A stretch of DNA of 64,000 nucleotides from a virus (Duplodnaviria; Caudoviricetes): the IMG/VR virus record IMGVR_UViG_3300011008_002712, one strand, 5' to 3'. A model generated the notes under the pieces. It did not search any database and was not told the origin of the DNA. It worked only from the letters and a program-made list of their open reading frames with translations. The position numbers and the translations under genes are program-made. Positions 9,536-21,200 of the stretch are shown in pieces (the stretch's first letter is position 1; every line of letters begins with the position of its first letter).

Positions 9536-12500
9536 TCAATTTTTAACACATGGTCTTCCTTTTATTCTATACAAATCGCCATACACTGGACTTAATTTAT
9601 TGATAACAGTAGTTGATGTTTGTAAGTTACCAACAACTAAGAGCATAACCTCACCATTTTCATCAATTACAGGACAATATGCTCCGATATATTTTTTAAT
9701 CGCATTTTGACAATCATTAAAATACATCGTAAAATCAACATTTTCAAACAAAATGTTACCATCCTGGAAATAACTGCTATTCTTTGAAATCTTATATGTA
9801 TCTACTAAATTACATGTTTCTTCATTATTTTTTAACATATAATCATTCATGAATACTATTTTTTTATTAACGTTCTCATTATTTAATGTTATATTCATAT
9901 CTGAAAATATGTTTTTCAAAATTATATCTTGATTGTCTATTTTATATCCATATGCCATTCCACCAGGAAGTTCGTTGACAATATTAGTTGTAATTGACTC
10001 TCCATTCGGTTTTCCAGTGCTCAATGTAGTTATAAAATATTTCCATTCTCCGATTCTAGTAACTTGTTTGTTATTAGTTGTCATTAATCCTTGATATGGA
10101 ATATGCTTATACCAAATAGATAAAATATCATCATTTGTCATCTGATAAGAAATCATAATTGGAATTTGAATATTTACATCTTTTCTTGGCTTAGCATTTT
10201 CATCAAATATAATCGTAATAAATGGCGTTCCAAAACTATCATCTGTAATTCTTACTGGAATTGTATTATAAATCTTTTTATTTGTAGCTATTCCATGTTC
10301 ATCATAAAAAATTTCTCCATCATGATATGCGAGAATTTCTTCTTCGTATTCTCCGGTAGCATTTCCATTATCATCTAACACGTTATTTGAAAATGTATAT
10401 ACAGATTTTAATACACCACCGTGTATTCCGCCATCTTGTATCAGGCTAACACATGGCAATTTATAAACATTATCTATTCCATTTGCAACAAAACTTAACA
10501 ATTTACACTTATGCATATTAGTCATTAATGTTTTTGATTTTAAATCATAATCAAAACTATATCCTTCACAAGCCAATTCAAATGTTATAGTGTCTCCTAT
10601 ATTCAATGGATTTTTAAGATATACCGTATATTTTAAATCATCTTCGCCAACTGTGTTTGATGGTGTTTTTGTAATCATTTCTATTCTGTTTGTCCTGGAA
10701 CCAACAATTCCAATAACTTTATATCCATACACTTCTATAGGGATGTCATACTGGTTTGTGCCATTACCAGATACATTATAATAAATTAATCTTGCATAAC
10801 ATTGTTTTCTTGTTCTGTATTTATTTGTAAAATCATATGCTTCGTCTTCATTGCCAAATACTTTCCTCGGCTTCAAATAAGATACTTTTCGAGGATATTC
10901 GCTATTAATATCATTAAAAGAGACTTCTTGTTTTATATATAATGGATAATCATAGTTTGTAGCCGATTCAACATCAAGATCATAATCAACAAATCCAGCA
11001 GCAAGTAGTTCTGTTGGCATGTCAATTCCACCACATCCTGGGGAAAGACATATCTTGCATTGGATTATTACTCTATCTATGTCTTGATCATATGGCTTAT
11101 ATGTGATATGGTTTGTTCCAACACCATCAAGTCTTCCATAAGCAATATCGCTTAACTTATTCCCAGACATATCATATATTTCTTGAATGCTTTCAATATA
11201 TTTATCATCATTTAAATCTATGTTAAATGTCTTAAGATTTTCATTTTGATTATATTCAACATAAAATATTGTATCTTCTTGAGTAAACGCATTGTCACTA
11301 AAATTATTTGCAATAGAATTAAATCCATTCATGATTAACGCATCACTATTCATGAAATCTTTTGGAAGCATTGGCCAAAATTTATTGACAACGTAACTAT
11401 ATCCCGTTCCAGTTCCCATAATTAATTCAAAGTTATTATTATATCCAATTAAATTTTCAATAACAAAACCAGAATTAGCTTGATTTAAAGCATCTCCAAC
11501 TTTTAATTTATATGCATTCATATAACAAGGAGAAAAATCACCTTGAGCCACTAATTTTGAATTAATATACAAATAAATCTGGCCAACAACTGGAGACGGT
11601 TCATTAGTCCAAGACATACGAATATGATAATATCTACCTGCAATCAGCAACCGTTCTGACAAATTAACAATAGCTTTATTTTCAATGAAATTGTCATTGC
11701 TTATTTCATAATTTCTTTGCGAAAGAATCAATTTATTCTTTTCTTTTTTTAATTGTATGATTGGTGAATTACTTTCGTTAACCAATGTAATCATTATTTG
11801 AGATTCATCATTACATCCATTCCATAACGGTTTCATGAAAAAATCGATTGTGCCTTTTTGTTCAGTCATCAAATCTGAAATTATATATGGCAACTCAACA
11901 TTATCATTAATAATAGCACCCAAATAATTAATCGAATTATCATAATTAGCAGATACATCATAAATTAAAGGATGATTAATGTCATTTGCTGGATAAGATT
12001 GCTCTACAGAACCATTAAATGGTATTACCAATTTTACAGATGAAATTTCATTTGCATAATCGAATAATTTATTTCCTATTTGCACTCTTCTCATTTTAGG
12101 AGTCTGAGCTGTTGACAAATTATTTGAAAACAAATCTTTTATAGTATCATCTGCTAACACTTCGTTTCTAAATGCTTGAAAAGAAACCGTTTTTCTCAAA
12201 TCAATAATATCATTTCTATTAATTGTATCATACGATAATCTATCTGGACGCATGTTATTTTTTAAATCTCCATTTTTAGATGAATCGTTACTAACTAGCA
12301 TCCTATTATAACTTGGAGCTCCATTAAAATTATCGAAATCATATGTCTGATTGTTTCTTCTTCTTATTCTAAACATTGGAAGTGCGTATACATATCTCCC
12401 AAACAAGGATGAAGATTCTATTTCATAATCTTTTCTCCCTGCTACATATAGATTTTTATCATGATTAAATGTTTCGTCTTTAAATAATTCGTTTGTTGCT

Positions 12501-13198
12501 TCGCAAAATACGATATTAACATTTTGGTGTGCGCCCAATTGTCCATTTGCTTTAGCAAAAACGGAAGAATAATGCAAAACATCTTTATATCCTAAACCTT
12601 CTGGATATAAATCAAAATCGCACTCCTGTTTTACTCTTATATCCCAATACATAACGATACGTCTAGATGTTTCTTCTGCTACTCTTTCATCTACAGCTGG
12701 CGTTCCAATAGTATCGCCTTCAATATATCCGTATTTATAATTTTCAACGTCTCCCTTAACGCTTTCAAACCATACCTCAAGATATACCAAGCTGTCTTTA
12801 GTTGAATTTGTGGAAGTGTTTCCAAGATCAATCAATATGTAGTCATTTATTTTATTAAATGAAAAATTTCCCTTGCAGATCAACTCATGTCCATCTATAA
12901 CACATTGAAATGGAGCAATTGCTATTTTATTTTTCAAAACTAACCCATTAGAAGTAACGTTATATATAATTGGTTCTCCCTTGAAACTATCATCAACTAA
13001 TTGAGTGAATCCGCTCGGAATGGATTTTCTTACTACATTCGTCTTTGCATCTATTTGAATTTGCTGTAACTCGTTTAGTTCTGTTTCAAGAATAGGTTTA
13101 TCGTGCCCCCAATGAATTGAAACAAAATTAGATTTGTTATCATAATTACTATATTTTTCAAAATGTTCCAAAATCTTATTCATCTCCTTGAGCAGCAC
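9536..13198 (-). CDS. Large virion/baseplate-associated protein with a LamG/ConA-like domain (fibre or receptor-binding candidate)
   Basis: N-terminus paralogous to 15634..17613 (ELNELQ, YLEVWF, DER..ETSRR, YALPMF, RPD, DLR); central GTIDFFMKP...YYHIRMSW...IYLYIN LamG-like pattern. Confidence 0.6.
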   Translation of the reverse strand: MLLKEMNKILEHFEKYSNYDNKSNFVSIHWGHDKPILETELNELQQIQIDAKTNVVRKSIPSGFTQLVDDSFKGEPIIYNVTSNGLVLKNKIAIAPFQCVIDGHELICKGNFSFNKINDYILIDLGNTSTNSTKDSLVYLEVWFESVKGDVENYKYGYIEGDTIGTPAVDERVAEETSRRIVMYWDIRVKQECDFDLYPEGLGYKDVLHYSSVFAKANGQLGAHQNVNIVFCEATNELFKDETFNHDKNLYVAGRKDYEIESSSLFGRYVYALPMFRIRRRNNQTYDFDNFNGAPSYNRMLVSNDSSKNGDLKNNMRPDRLSYDTINRNDIIDLRKTVSFQAFRNEVLADDTIKDLFSNNLSTAQTPKMRRVQIGNKLFDYANEISSVKLVIPFNGSVEQSYPANDINHPLIYDVSANYDNSINYLGAIINDNVELPYIISDLMTEQKGTIDFFMKPLWNGCNDESQIMITLVNESNSPIIQLKKEKNKLILSQRNYEISNDNFIENKAIVNLSERLLIAGRYYHIRMSWTNEPSPVVGQIYLYINSKLVAQGDFSPCYMNAYKLKVGDALNQANSGFVIENLIGYNNNFELIMGTGTGYSYVVNKFWPMLPKDFMNSDALIMNGFNSIANNFSDNAFTQEDTIFYVEYNQNENLKTFNIDLNDDKYIESIQEIYDMSGNKLSDIAYGRLDGVGTNHITYKPYDQDIDRVIIQCKICLSPGCGGIDMPTELLAAGFVDYDLDVESATNYDYPLYIKQEVSFNDINSEYPRKVSYLKPRKVFGNEDEAYDFTNKYRTRKQCYARLIYYNVSGNGTNQYDIPIEVYGYKVIGIVGSRTNRIEMITKTPSNTVGEDDLKYTVYLKNPLNIGDTITFELACEGYSFDYDLKSKTLMTNMHKCKLLSFVANGIDNVYKLPCVSLIQDGGIHGGVLKSVYTFSNNVLDDNGNATGEYEEEILAYHDGEIFYDEHGIATNKKIYNTIPVRITDDSFGTPFITIIFDENAKPRKDVNIQIPIMISYQMTNDDILSIWYKHIPYQGLMTTNNKQVTRIGEWKYFITTLSTGKPNGESITTNIVNELPGGMAYGYKIDNQDIILKNIFSDMNITLNNENVNKKIVFMNDYMLKNNEETCNLVDTYKISKNSSYFQDGNILFENVDFTMYFNDCQNAIKKYIGAYCPVIDENGEVMLLVVGNLQTSTTVINKLSPVYGDLYRIKGRPCVKN

Positions 13199-13367
13199 TA
13201 TAATTTGAACTTATAAAATCATGTATATCACTTTTTTTGTATAAAAATTTTTTTGGACTTAATCGTATAAATTTTATTTTTCCTTGTTTTCTCCAATTAT
13301 GTAAAGTAAAATTCGTTATATGTAGCAACTTTTCTACTTCACTAGAAGTATAAAATTCTTCATTCAT
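13176..13367 (-). CDS. Stand-alone MerR/excisionase-like HTH, probably a truncated IS607 tnpA N-terminus
   Basis: TLHNWRKQGKIKFIRLSPKKFLYKKSDI vs TLYHWRKEGRIQYTALSPRKFVYSKDDI in tnpA 8665..9285. Confidence 0.7.
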   Translation of the reverse strand: MNEEFYTSSEVEKLLHITNFTLHNWRKQGKIKFIRLSPKKFLYKKSDIHDFISSNYSAAQGDE

Positions 13368-13436
13368 AAAATCATCTCTTTTCCCTTTTCAATTATTCTA
13401 TATAATGAAAATAACATTTTTATTTAAATAAAATTT

Positions 13437-14732
13437 TTACGTCAATATGTTGCCGTAGCTATCTAATTTACAATTCAATTCTTTTGATTCTATGCATAAC
13501 ATATCAACATTTATGTAAATCCAATGATGGCACGTCGTAGATAAATAGTTTTTGCATACATTAAATAAATTTATCAATTTGTCATTTGAGAACAACTTAT
13601 CTTTAGAGGTTTTGTATCTAATTAATTTAAATCCACTAGAAATAATGAAGTTTTCTCTTCTTTTTTCTTTTCTATCAAATTCCGCTTGACTAATCTTATT
13701 TAATTTAACAGACAAATTATGTCCTCCACCATCATATTCAATGACAATGTTATTTATTATTATATCTAATAGGCATCCACCTAACGGTACGTTTATTTCA
13801 CCATTCATTAGATTACATATATGTTGCTGCTGTTTAGATGATGGAGCTGTTTTGTTATCATGCATTGTTTGTTTAGATGAGCAAATAATCTTTTTTCTAA
13901 TCATTGCATTTTGTATTGGAAATTCAACTCCATATCTTTTTTTCATTGTTTCTTTTCTTTTATTTTTTACTTGTTCAGAATTAATTGCGGTTTTTATGTT
14001 TTTGCTCATTTTTTCTTTTATTTGTTCATTTTTAGCCACATTATCAACGTCATACTTTTCCAAACAAGTTTTTCTTCTTTTTTCTTGTATCTCGTTATTA
14101 TGTTTTTTATATGTTTTCTTTAAAGATTTTGACAATTTTTTCCTAATTTCTTTATTTTGACATGAATGTTCTACGCCGTAGCGTTTTTTCATTGTGTTTT
14201 TAAATTTTTTCATGCATTCTGGATTTTGAAGATTATGTTCATATCCAGTTTTTTCTTTTCTCGTTTGTTTGACTCTCTCTAATAAATTTTTATGTCCTTC
14301 TGGATTTAATTCTTTCCCAAAATTAGATTGATATGTTAATCTTGCCTTATCAACAATTTTTTTGCATTGCATTGGCTTTTCAGCGCCATACTTTTCTAAA
14401 CATGTTCGTTTTCCTTTTTCTTTTATTTCTTCTGATTGTAAAACGTGTTCAACTCCATATTGTTGTAGACATTTTAATTTTCTTAATGATAACGAACATT
14501 TTTTGTCTCCACAAGAATGTTTTATTTTATCAACAAGAAAAGAATAACTCTTTTTAAAAATTTTGCCACAAAAATCACATTTACAAGTAACTTGTTTTTT
14601 GCACCCGTTCTGCAAATCTTCAATTTTCGCCATAAATTTTGTGAAAAATCCTGTAAATTGATAACCTTTTGATTCAAAATGTTTTCTATTATTCGACATC
14701 CACGTGATTTCAATTTCTTTGTCTATAAACAT
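13437..14732 (-). CDS. Free-standing homing endonuclease-like protein with multiple KYGVE repeats
   Basis: CKCDFC zinc motif, repeated (K/R)YGVE units, C-terminal LDII...IEYDGGGH Vsr/DUF559-like domain; ATG at 14732 behind GAGGG (track start 14753). Confidence 0.72.
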   Translation of the reverse strand: MFIDKEIEITWMSNNRKHFESKGYQFTGFFTKFMAKIEDLQNGCKKQVTCKCDFCGKIFKKSYSFLVDKIKHSCGDKKCSLSLRKLKCLQQYGVEHVLQSEEIKEKGKRTCLEKYGAEKPMQCKKIVDKARLTYQSNFGKELNPEGHKNLLERVKQTRKEKTGYEHNLQNPECMKKFKNTMKKRYGVEHSCQNKEIRKKLSKSLKKTYKKHNNEIQEKRRKTCLEKYDVDNVAKNEQIKEKMSKNIKTAINSEQVKNKRKETMKKRYGVEFPIQNAMIRKKIICSSKQTMHDNKTAPSSKQQQHICNLMNGEINVPLGGCLLDIIINNIVIEYDGGGHNLSVKLNKISQAEFDRKEKRRENFIISSGFKLIRYKTSKDKLFSNDKLINLFNVCKNYLSTTCHHWIYINVDMLCIESKELNCKLDSYGNILT

Positions 14733-14751
14733 ATTGCCCTCTATTAAAAAC

Positions 14752-14779
14752 AAGAGAGGAGCTCAAATGTTCCTCTCTT
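14752..14779 (-). terminator. Intrinsic terminator
   Basis: aagagagga...tcctctctt inverted repeat after the stop at 14789, followed by a T-run on the minus strand. Confidence 0.6.
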
Positions 14780-14788
14780 ATTTTACTA

Positions 14789-15439
14789 TTAAAATGTAAG
14801 CTTCCAACGTACACTTATACGATGATTACTTTGTTTATTAATGACTGGGAAACGTTTTAAGTTGAATAAGATACCAGAATCTTTTCCAGCGCCATTATTC
14901 CAATCAACACTATCGCCACCGTATAATCCAATCTCTGTCCATGGGCCGCATGCTTCATTTTCAAAAAATGTTGTATCTATTAAAAGAATATTTGTAGGAG
15001 TATCTGTTTCTTCTCCAGCTGCATCTTGGAATTTCCAGCTAGTAAATCTTTTACGATAAAATTCTCCAACAAGCTTCGTCTCTCCAAGTGTTGGGTCTGG
15101 TGGATTCATAACATCCCAAGCAGTTAAATCAACAACATTTGTTGTTACATCATATGGATTAGCTGGATCTTGTAAAATACCACAACCAACTGCTAAATAT
15201 TGTAACCCTTTATCAAGAAAAGCACCTTCAAATGCTTCATCTGCACCGCCAGTAATTGCACCTGGACACATTCTGCATGCCATTAAAATTGAAGCTGTAT
15301 CAACGATCAAGTTATGATCTTCAAACTTATTGATTAGTTGTCCACCAATAACTCTTCCGTTCTTAAATTCTCCTCCAATATATTGATAAATAGCAACTTC
15401 ACCTTGTGGAGTGTTATATTTTTTTTCATCTAATAACAT
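14789..15439 (-). CDS. Baseplate/tail-fibre attachment (collar-like) protein
   Basis: HNLIVD, YLAVGCG, TKLVGEFYRK, EACGPWTEIGLYGG, FPVINK...W.LTF pattern typical of myophage tail-collar proteins; position after the baseplate genes. Confidence 0.65.
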   Translation of the reverse strand: MLLDEKKYNTPQGEVAIYQYIGGEFKNGRVIGGQLINKFEDHNLIVDTASILMACRMCPGAITGGADEAFEGAFLDKGLQYLAVGCGILQDPANPYDVTTNVVDLTAWDVMNPPDPTLGETKLVGEFYRKRFTSWKFQDAAGEETDTPTNILLIDTTFFENEACGPWTEIGLYGGDSVDWNNGAGKDSGILFNLKRFPVINKQSNHRISVRWKLTF

Positions 15440-15451
15440 ATTTTTATCTCC

Positions 15452-15637
15452 TCAATTATTGAAATACCATCTATTTGAATAATTGTTGCTTGGCATTTCA
15501 ATATTTATGTCATTGTTTTTACAAATCGAAACATTGGCATCACAGAACCAATCATCTTCTTTTACTACTTTTTTTAAATATTCAAATAAGATGTTGATTG
15601 GTTCTGCGCTAGCCTTCTTAATCAAATACTTTTTCAT
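15452..15637 (-). CDS. Small hypothetical protein
   Basis: ATGA overlap with the upstream gene; fills the gap in the operon. Confidence 0.45.
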   Translation of the reverse strand: MKKYLIKKASAEPINILFEYLKKVVKEDDWFCDANVSICKNNDINIEMPSNNYSNRWYFNN

Positions 15638-17613
15638 ACTATCTTATCGAGATTAATCAATTTTTTGATTTCTGTCGTATCATATTTTTCATCATAAAAT
15701 ATTTCGTCAAAAATCAAACATTGAATATGTACATCTACTTCATTAGAACCAGTATTATACACTGTTACTTGATTGTCATCCTCTGTATTAGCATATACAT
15801 CGCCAATAACACCATCTTCTACAGTGCTAGAAGAAAGAATGAATGGCGTTCCAAGCAATAATGTATATGCATCACCAAAGGAAAGAGATTCCTTAGTAAC
15901 GCCTTCGGTTCCATTTAACTTGAGATTAAATAAATCTACATTATGAATATCTTTATTGAAAATATCAATAACGATCCAAGTAAATTCATTTCCAATTGTA
16001 GAAACAACTTCTCCTGATTCATCTGTTGTTAAACCAGTATTATATACAGTAAATGAATTTGTTCCAAGCTTAATATAAATTTCACCATTTCTACCATTCG
16101 TATTTTCGCTTGGGCAGATATAGATAAAATGTTTGTCTACATCCAATTCAAATCCTAATTCTATTTCTGTTCCTTCTAATCCATTGAACAAATCTTGTCC
16201 TGACATGCATTTTTGTGTATTTGTTTCTACAGCTGTTAAATGCATTTTTAAATCTTCGGCGCCAGTATTATGAACGACAAAATATTTTTTTTCTTTTGTT
16301 ACATACATATCGCCAATTGTGCCCAAAGAATTAGAATCATAGTCAACTACTGACGGAACAACTACATAATTCTTTCCAATTAATGATTTTCCGACGTAAT
16401 ATTTATTTTTACGATAAACAATTGCATGTTGTTCATCTTCATTCGTAACATATCCGCCAAATGTAACGCCATTTTGCCTAAACGAATTAATTCCATATAC
16501 TTCTTCATCATGAATAGACGGGATAGAATATCCAATGTTTTGAAGTATATAGTTTGTGCTTTCAATATCACTTGTAAGACGGTTTATCTTATTTTTTAGC
16601 AGTGTTTGATTGATATATAATTCATTTAAAGTAAGAAAGATTTTATTATATTGTTCTTCTCCTATAGCCGATAGATGACGCAAATCTACAATTTGGTCAT
16701 GATATATTACATTAGAGAACTTTTCATCTGGTCTATCTGGAGATGATGAAGAATCAACATAATCAATTCCGCCAAATGGATTATTGACTTGATCGAACCC
16801 AGAGTTATTTATTCTTTTTATGCAGAATAAAGGAATTGCATAAATATATCCGTCAAATGAACGAATTTTAGATATGTCTCCAGTTCCAGCAACATAAAGA
16901 TACGGATCATCATTTGATTTCTCAAAATAAAAATCTGTTTGTTTAAATCCATTCAATGCTGATGGATGAATTTTTTTATTTGGATTTCCATCTGAATCTA
17001 CAAATCCATTTTCACAAAGTTCATCATAGTCTTCATAAATAGAAATACTCCATTGCAATTGAATTCTTCTTGAAGTTTCTAGTTCAATGCGTTCATCAAT
17101 GATATGATAATCTAAAATATCGTTATCTTCATTCCCGTATGCATGAATTGAATCTTGTTCTTTTAATTCCTTAAACCAACATTCTAAAAACACAAAATCG
17201 TTTCTCGTACCAGCTACTGGAGGATTCGGCAAACGTACACTATAATTCTTCAATTCTAAATCTTTGTATGAATATATATTAACTATTTCTCCATTGACAA
17301 TAGCTTTAAATGGAGGCAATTCGAATGAATTTGTATGGTTTTCATCGTTGTTCTCTAATTGAAAACATTTCGATCTATTATGAGAATCATTTTCATCATC
17401 TTCTAAATGATTTACTGTAAGTATTCCAGAATAAGTCATATTACGTATCAGGTCGGCAACTTGTTCTGATTGGATCCATTGAATTTCATTTAGTTCTCGT
17501 TCTGGAACATACGCATTTGTTCCCCAATTGAATGTCTTTATATTTGCCAACTTATTGTATTGCCCTTTTGCAGGCTGATAAAAAGTTGGTGGACGTTTTT
17601 CTGTGCTAGGCAC
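15634..17613 (-). CDS. Virion fibre/baseplate-attached protein with three C-terminal beta-rich repeats
   Basis: N-terminus paralogous to 9536..13198; repeats IGDMYV..YFVVHNTG / NGEIYI..SFTVYNTG / IGDVYA..QVTVYNTG. Confidence 0.6.
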   Translation of the reverse strand: MPSTEKRPPTFYQPAKGQYNKLANIKTFNWGTNAYVPERELNEIQWIQSEQVADLIRNMTYSGILTVNHLEDDENDSHNRSKCFQLENNDENHTNSFELPPFKAIVNGEIVNIYSYKDLELKNYSVRLPNPPVAGTRNDFVFLECWFKELKEQDSIHAYGNEDNDILDYHIIDERIELETSRRIQLQWSISIYEDYDELCENGFVDSDGNPNKKIHPSALNGFKQTDFYFEKSNDDPYLYVAGTGDISKIRSFDGYIYAIPLFCIKRINNSGFDQVNNPFGGIDYVDSSSSPDRPDEKFSNVIYHDQIVDLRHLSAIGEEQYNKIFLTLNELYINQTLLKNKINRLTSDIESTNYILQNIGYSIPSIHDEEVYGINSFRQNGVTFGGYVTNEDEQHAIVYRKNKYYVGKSLIGKNYVVVPSVVDYDSNSLGTIGDMYVTKEKKYFVVHNTGAEDLKMHLTAVETNTQKCMSGQDLFNGLEGTEIELGFELDVDKHFIYICPSENTNGRNGEIYIKLGTNSFTVYNTGLTTDESGEVVSTIGNEFTWIVIDIFNKDIHNVDLFNLKLNGTEGVTKESLSFGDAYTLLLGTPFILSSSTVEDGVIGDVYANTEDDNQVTVYNTGSNEVDVHIQCLIFDEIFYDEKYDTTEIKKLINLDKIV

Positions 17614-17617
17614 ATCA

Positions 17618-18280
17618 TCACTTCCTTAATAATAATTGATAATCATATAAAATATTATCTTTGTCAACAGTATTTTTAAATTTTAAATATAAAACTTTAT
17701 TCTTTAAATTAATTGAATTTCCTTTTTTAAAATTTTTATTTTCAAATCCATAGTGGACTGAAATTGGGTATAATGAATGTATTTTTACTTCTAAAAGAGA
17801 ATAATCAAATTTCAATGGTTTCACATCTAAAACTGAATTTTTCTTTAGTTTAATATTATTAATTCCTGCGTCATAGTTTGTACTATTTTCCAAATCTATG
17901 AAATTAAAAATATTAAATTCATATATATAACATTCATCATATCCTCTATTTAAAAAATATTGTTTTTTACATAACATAATATCTTCTAATGTAAACTTTT
18001 CTGGATAACTCAAAAAATCAATAACATTTGATTGCGTTGATTTTTTAATTAATGGTTTTCCTAGAATTTTGTTAGTTGATATTATACCATTTTTATCAAT
18101 ATACAATAATTCATTGTTTTCGTTTTTTTCTTGCTTTTCTATTGTTACTTCTTCTATTTTTTTAAGTTGAGACATATCTTCAAAATATACACCATAATGA
18201 AATTCTGGAATATATTCACTACATCCAACAGAAGAAGTTTTTATATTTTGAGGTATTTCTTGAGGAAAAAGTATATACAC
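17618..18280 (-). CDS. Hypothetical protein in the baseplate operon
   Basis: Tightly packed ORF with GAGGAGG RBS. Confidence 0.6.
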   Translation of the reverse strand: MYILFPQEIPQNIKTSSVGCSEYIPEFHYGVYFEDMSQLKKIEEVTIEKQEKNENNELLYIDKNGIISTNKILGKPLIKKSTQSNVIDFLSYPEKFTLEDIMLCKKQYFLNRGYDECYIYEFNIFNFIDLENSTNYDAGINNIKLKKNSVLDVKPLKFDYSLLEVKIHSLYPISVHYGFENKNFKKGNSINLKNKVLYLKFKNTVDKDNILYDYQLLLRK

Positions 18281-21200
18281 TCAAACAACCTCCTCATATA
18301 TCAAAATTTCTTTCCCATTTTTTATTTTAGACATTTTTATAGAACACGATTCGCGAATACGTTGATTTGCAGCAGTTTTCATCTTATTTGTCATACCATT
18401 TGTAGTTGTAAATGCACCATCTAGAATCAATTTGTAATTTTCTTCAAACGTCGGAAGAATATAATCTATGCTTATTTTCTCTTCTGGTTTGTCAAATGAT
18501 TCAGACATAACGCCAATATGATGATTTAATTGAAAAATTTCTTCATTAGGTTTTTTGACAGTTTCTTCTAATAATTTATAAGAATATTGTTCGAATGATT
18601 CTTTATTACGTTCAGCTATTGAAGTTTTTGATTGATTCAATGTTCTTGAAAAATCAAAAAATGTTTTTAAAGAATTGTCATTAACGTATCTAAACGAAAT
18701 ATCAGATGTTTCAATATAATTATTTAAATTAAATTCTTCATCTTTCACATCATACTTTTCTTCTGACATTACTTCTAATTTTACGTTTTCAACATTTTCT
18801 TTTGGTTGTTCGTAATATTCGTTTTCTATATAATCATATGATAAAAATAATTCTTCATCTAACCTTGGAGAAAGCGCTGTTTTAAAATGGTTTAAATATG
18901 TATCATTATAAATACTATATGTTCTTATATCATCATTCCACTTATATTTAAATGGAAATTCTGAGAAAAATGAAAAAATATGCGAATATTCACTATCTTC
19001 TGGTTTCTCAATTTCTTCATGTTCTTGAATTTTATAATCTAAATGATATTCTTCTTCTGGAGTTTCAAAAACTTCTGAATTTGTTGCATGAATATGCCCA
19101 GTGTCGTCATCTCTTAATAAATATTCAAACCCAGTAACATAATCATTATCTTCTGTTTTGGCTAAAGCTGGAGAAGATTTTAAAGAAATAGCTTTTAAAC
19201 TGGCTCTTCTAAAATGAATATAATCATTGCCCCATAGATTCCCAATATTCGTAATCAATGTATTTGCCATTGGGCGAATACCATATCTATTTTCTACGCA
19301 TGTTACTAGTGAATCTAAGTGATGCTCATCTTCTGGAATTCTGTCATATTTTTCAATATAATAACTGTTGAAATCTATCAACATTTCAGCTTTAGCTTTA
19401 TCATAAACCTCTTGACAATATATATTGCTATTCCACCAATCATTGTCGTGCAATGTATATTTTGGTCCAATTACATGAGATGAATTAAGTAAATGTTGAT
19501 TATTATGAAACACTAAATCATAATCAATAGATTTCCAACCAAATTTATTTGTTTCTTCAAATGACAATAAATCCCAATTATCTATGTCGCTGTCTTTCCA
19601 TGGAATGCCGTATTTATTCTCATACCAATCACCATAATCTTCTTTCCCAATTAACACAACCATGATAATTGGTATAGTGTGTGCTGGTCTGACTATATCT
19701 ACTAACATTCTAATATCATCATATAACTTGTCAGTGCTAATATTAGATTCTATATCTTTTTCAACTTCTACAACAAAACTATATTGATTCTCATAATGCA
19801 TTGCTTGAGTCATTCCATAATGTTTGTAATCTTTAAATAACTCATATATATGAACATCAAAAGTCGTGTATGTTTGAAGAGCTTTTTCTATAGAATGTTT
19901 TGTAGCTCCCTTTAATAAAGATTCTATCAACGCTGAAACTACTGTACGATATTTTTCTTCTTCCCAGTCGCTTCTCCATGGGACTTGAATCATAGCACCA
20001 AAATTATTATATATAGCATCGCCATGAGCAGTCTCAAGATACATATTATCTTCAAGTATTTTTCTTTCATATTCCAAATCGCCATGCTCAATAGCTATAG
20101 AACGTAAAAGCTTTGGGAAATTCATTCCATCATAAACATCTTTTACATAATCATCTGGAACCATATCAAGCATTTCTTTTGCGTAAGTTGAATACAATTG
20201 AAGGCGATCAGATGCTTCTTTTAACACACTATCGTCTACAGATACATCTAAAGATACTTGTTCTTCTACAAAAACAAAATCATAGTTTTTAAAAGTTATA
20301 TCTATTGGATTTGATATAACGCCTTTTGTCCCATCTAGCAAATAGTAATTTCTATTTGCAGCTGGCTTTAATGTAACTGTAACATATACTGGATTTTTTA
20401 CTAAAATATTGCGTTCAGAAGCAGGAAAAATAACAGTACCCAACATACTTTTATCCTTATTCATAAGCATAATATAATGTACATCATTGCTTACTATAAA
20501 AGGACGTTTATTATTCAAATAATATGTATTATCTGCCAATTGAACATATTGTTCTAAATGAGAGAGCAAAAACACATATTGATCATATGCTGGTTTATGA
20601 TTATTTCCTAAAAAATAATACAAAAGACCGCTAATATTCTTAACTGCAGAAACATCATTTGGATCATAAAATTCATCAACTAACTGAGTTTTAAATGGCA
20701 CAACATTTACTTTAAATGCATTAATAAATTCTCTTAGATCTCTATATGCTTGCAATTGCAAATCATTATAATTCCCATTCTCAGCTTCATGCCCTTGATA
20801 TGTTGACATGAATTCTATGTCTAAATTATAATTATCTCTCTGAGCTTGTGCAACTAAACCTTTTTTTAATTTTTCAATTACTCCTTGATAAATATTGTAA
20901 TTCATCTCAGAATAATTCTGTCTTCCTTGGAATGCAAAAAAATCTATATATTTAAGAAAGCCAGACGGCCCAATATCAGCATCTGAAGGATCTATTCCAT
21001 AATATTCGCCTGTTGCTGTAGCCAACCATCCTGTATGAAAAAGATCTCCATCTTGGTTATAATACTCACTATTAACATATTCTACAATCGCATTACATAT
21101 GCCTGGACCACCGATTTTTATATCATTATACTTTGTATGTATTATCTCATATATATATTTTATTAGTTTGACATATAAATCTGGTGGACATTTTTGCATA

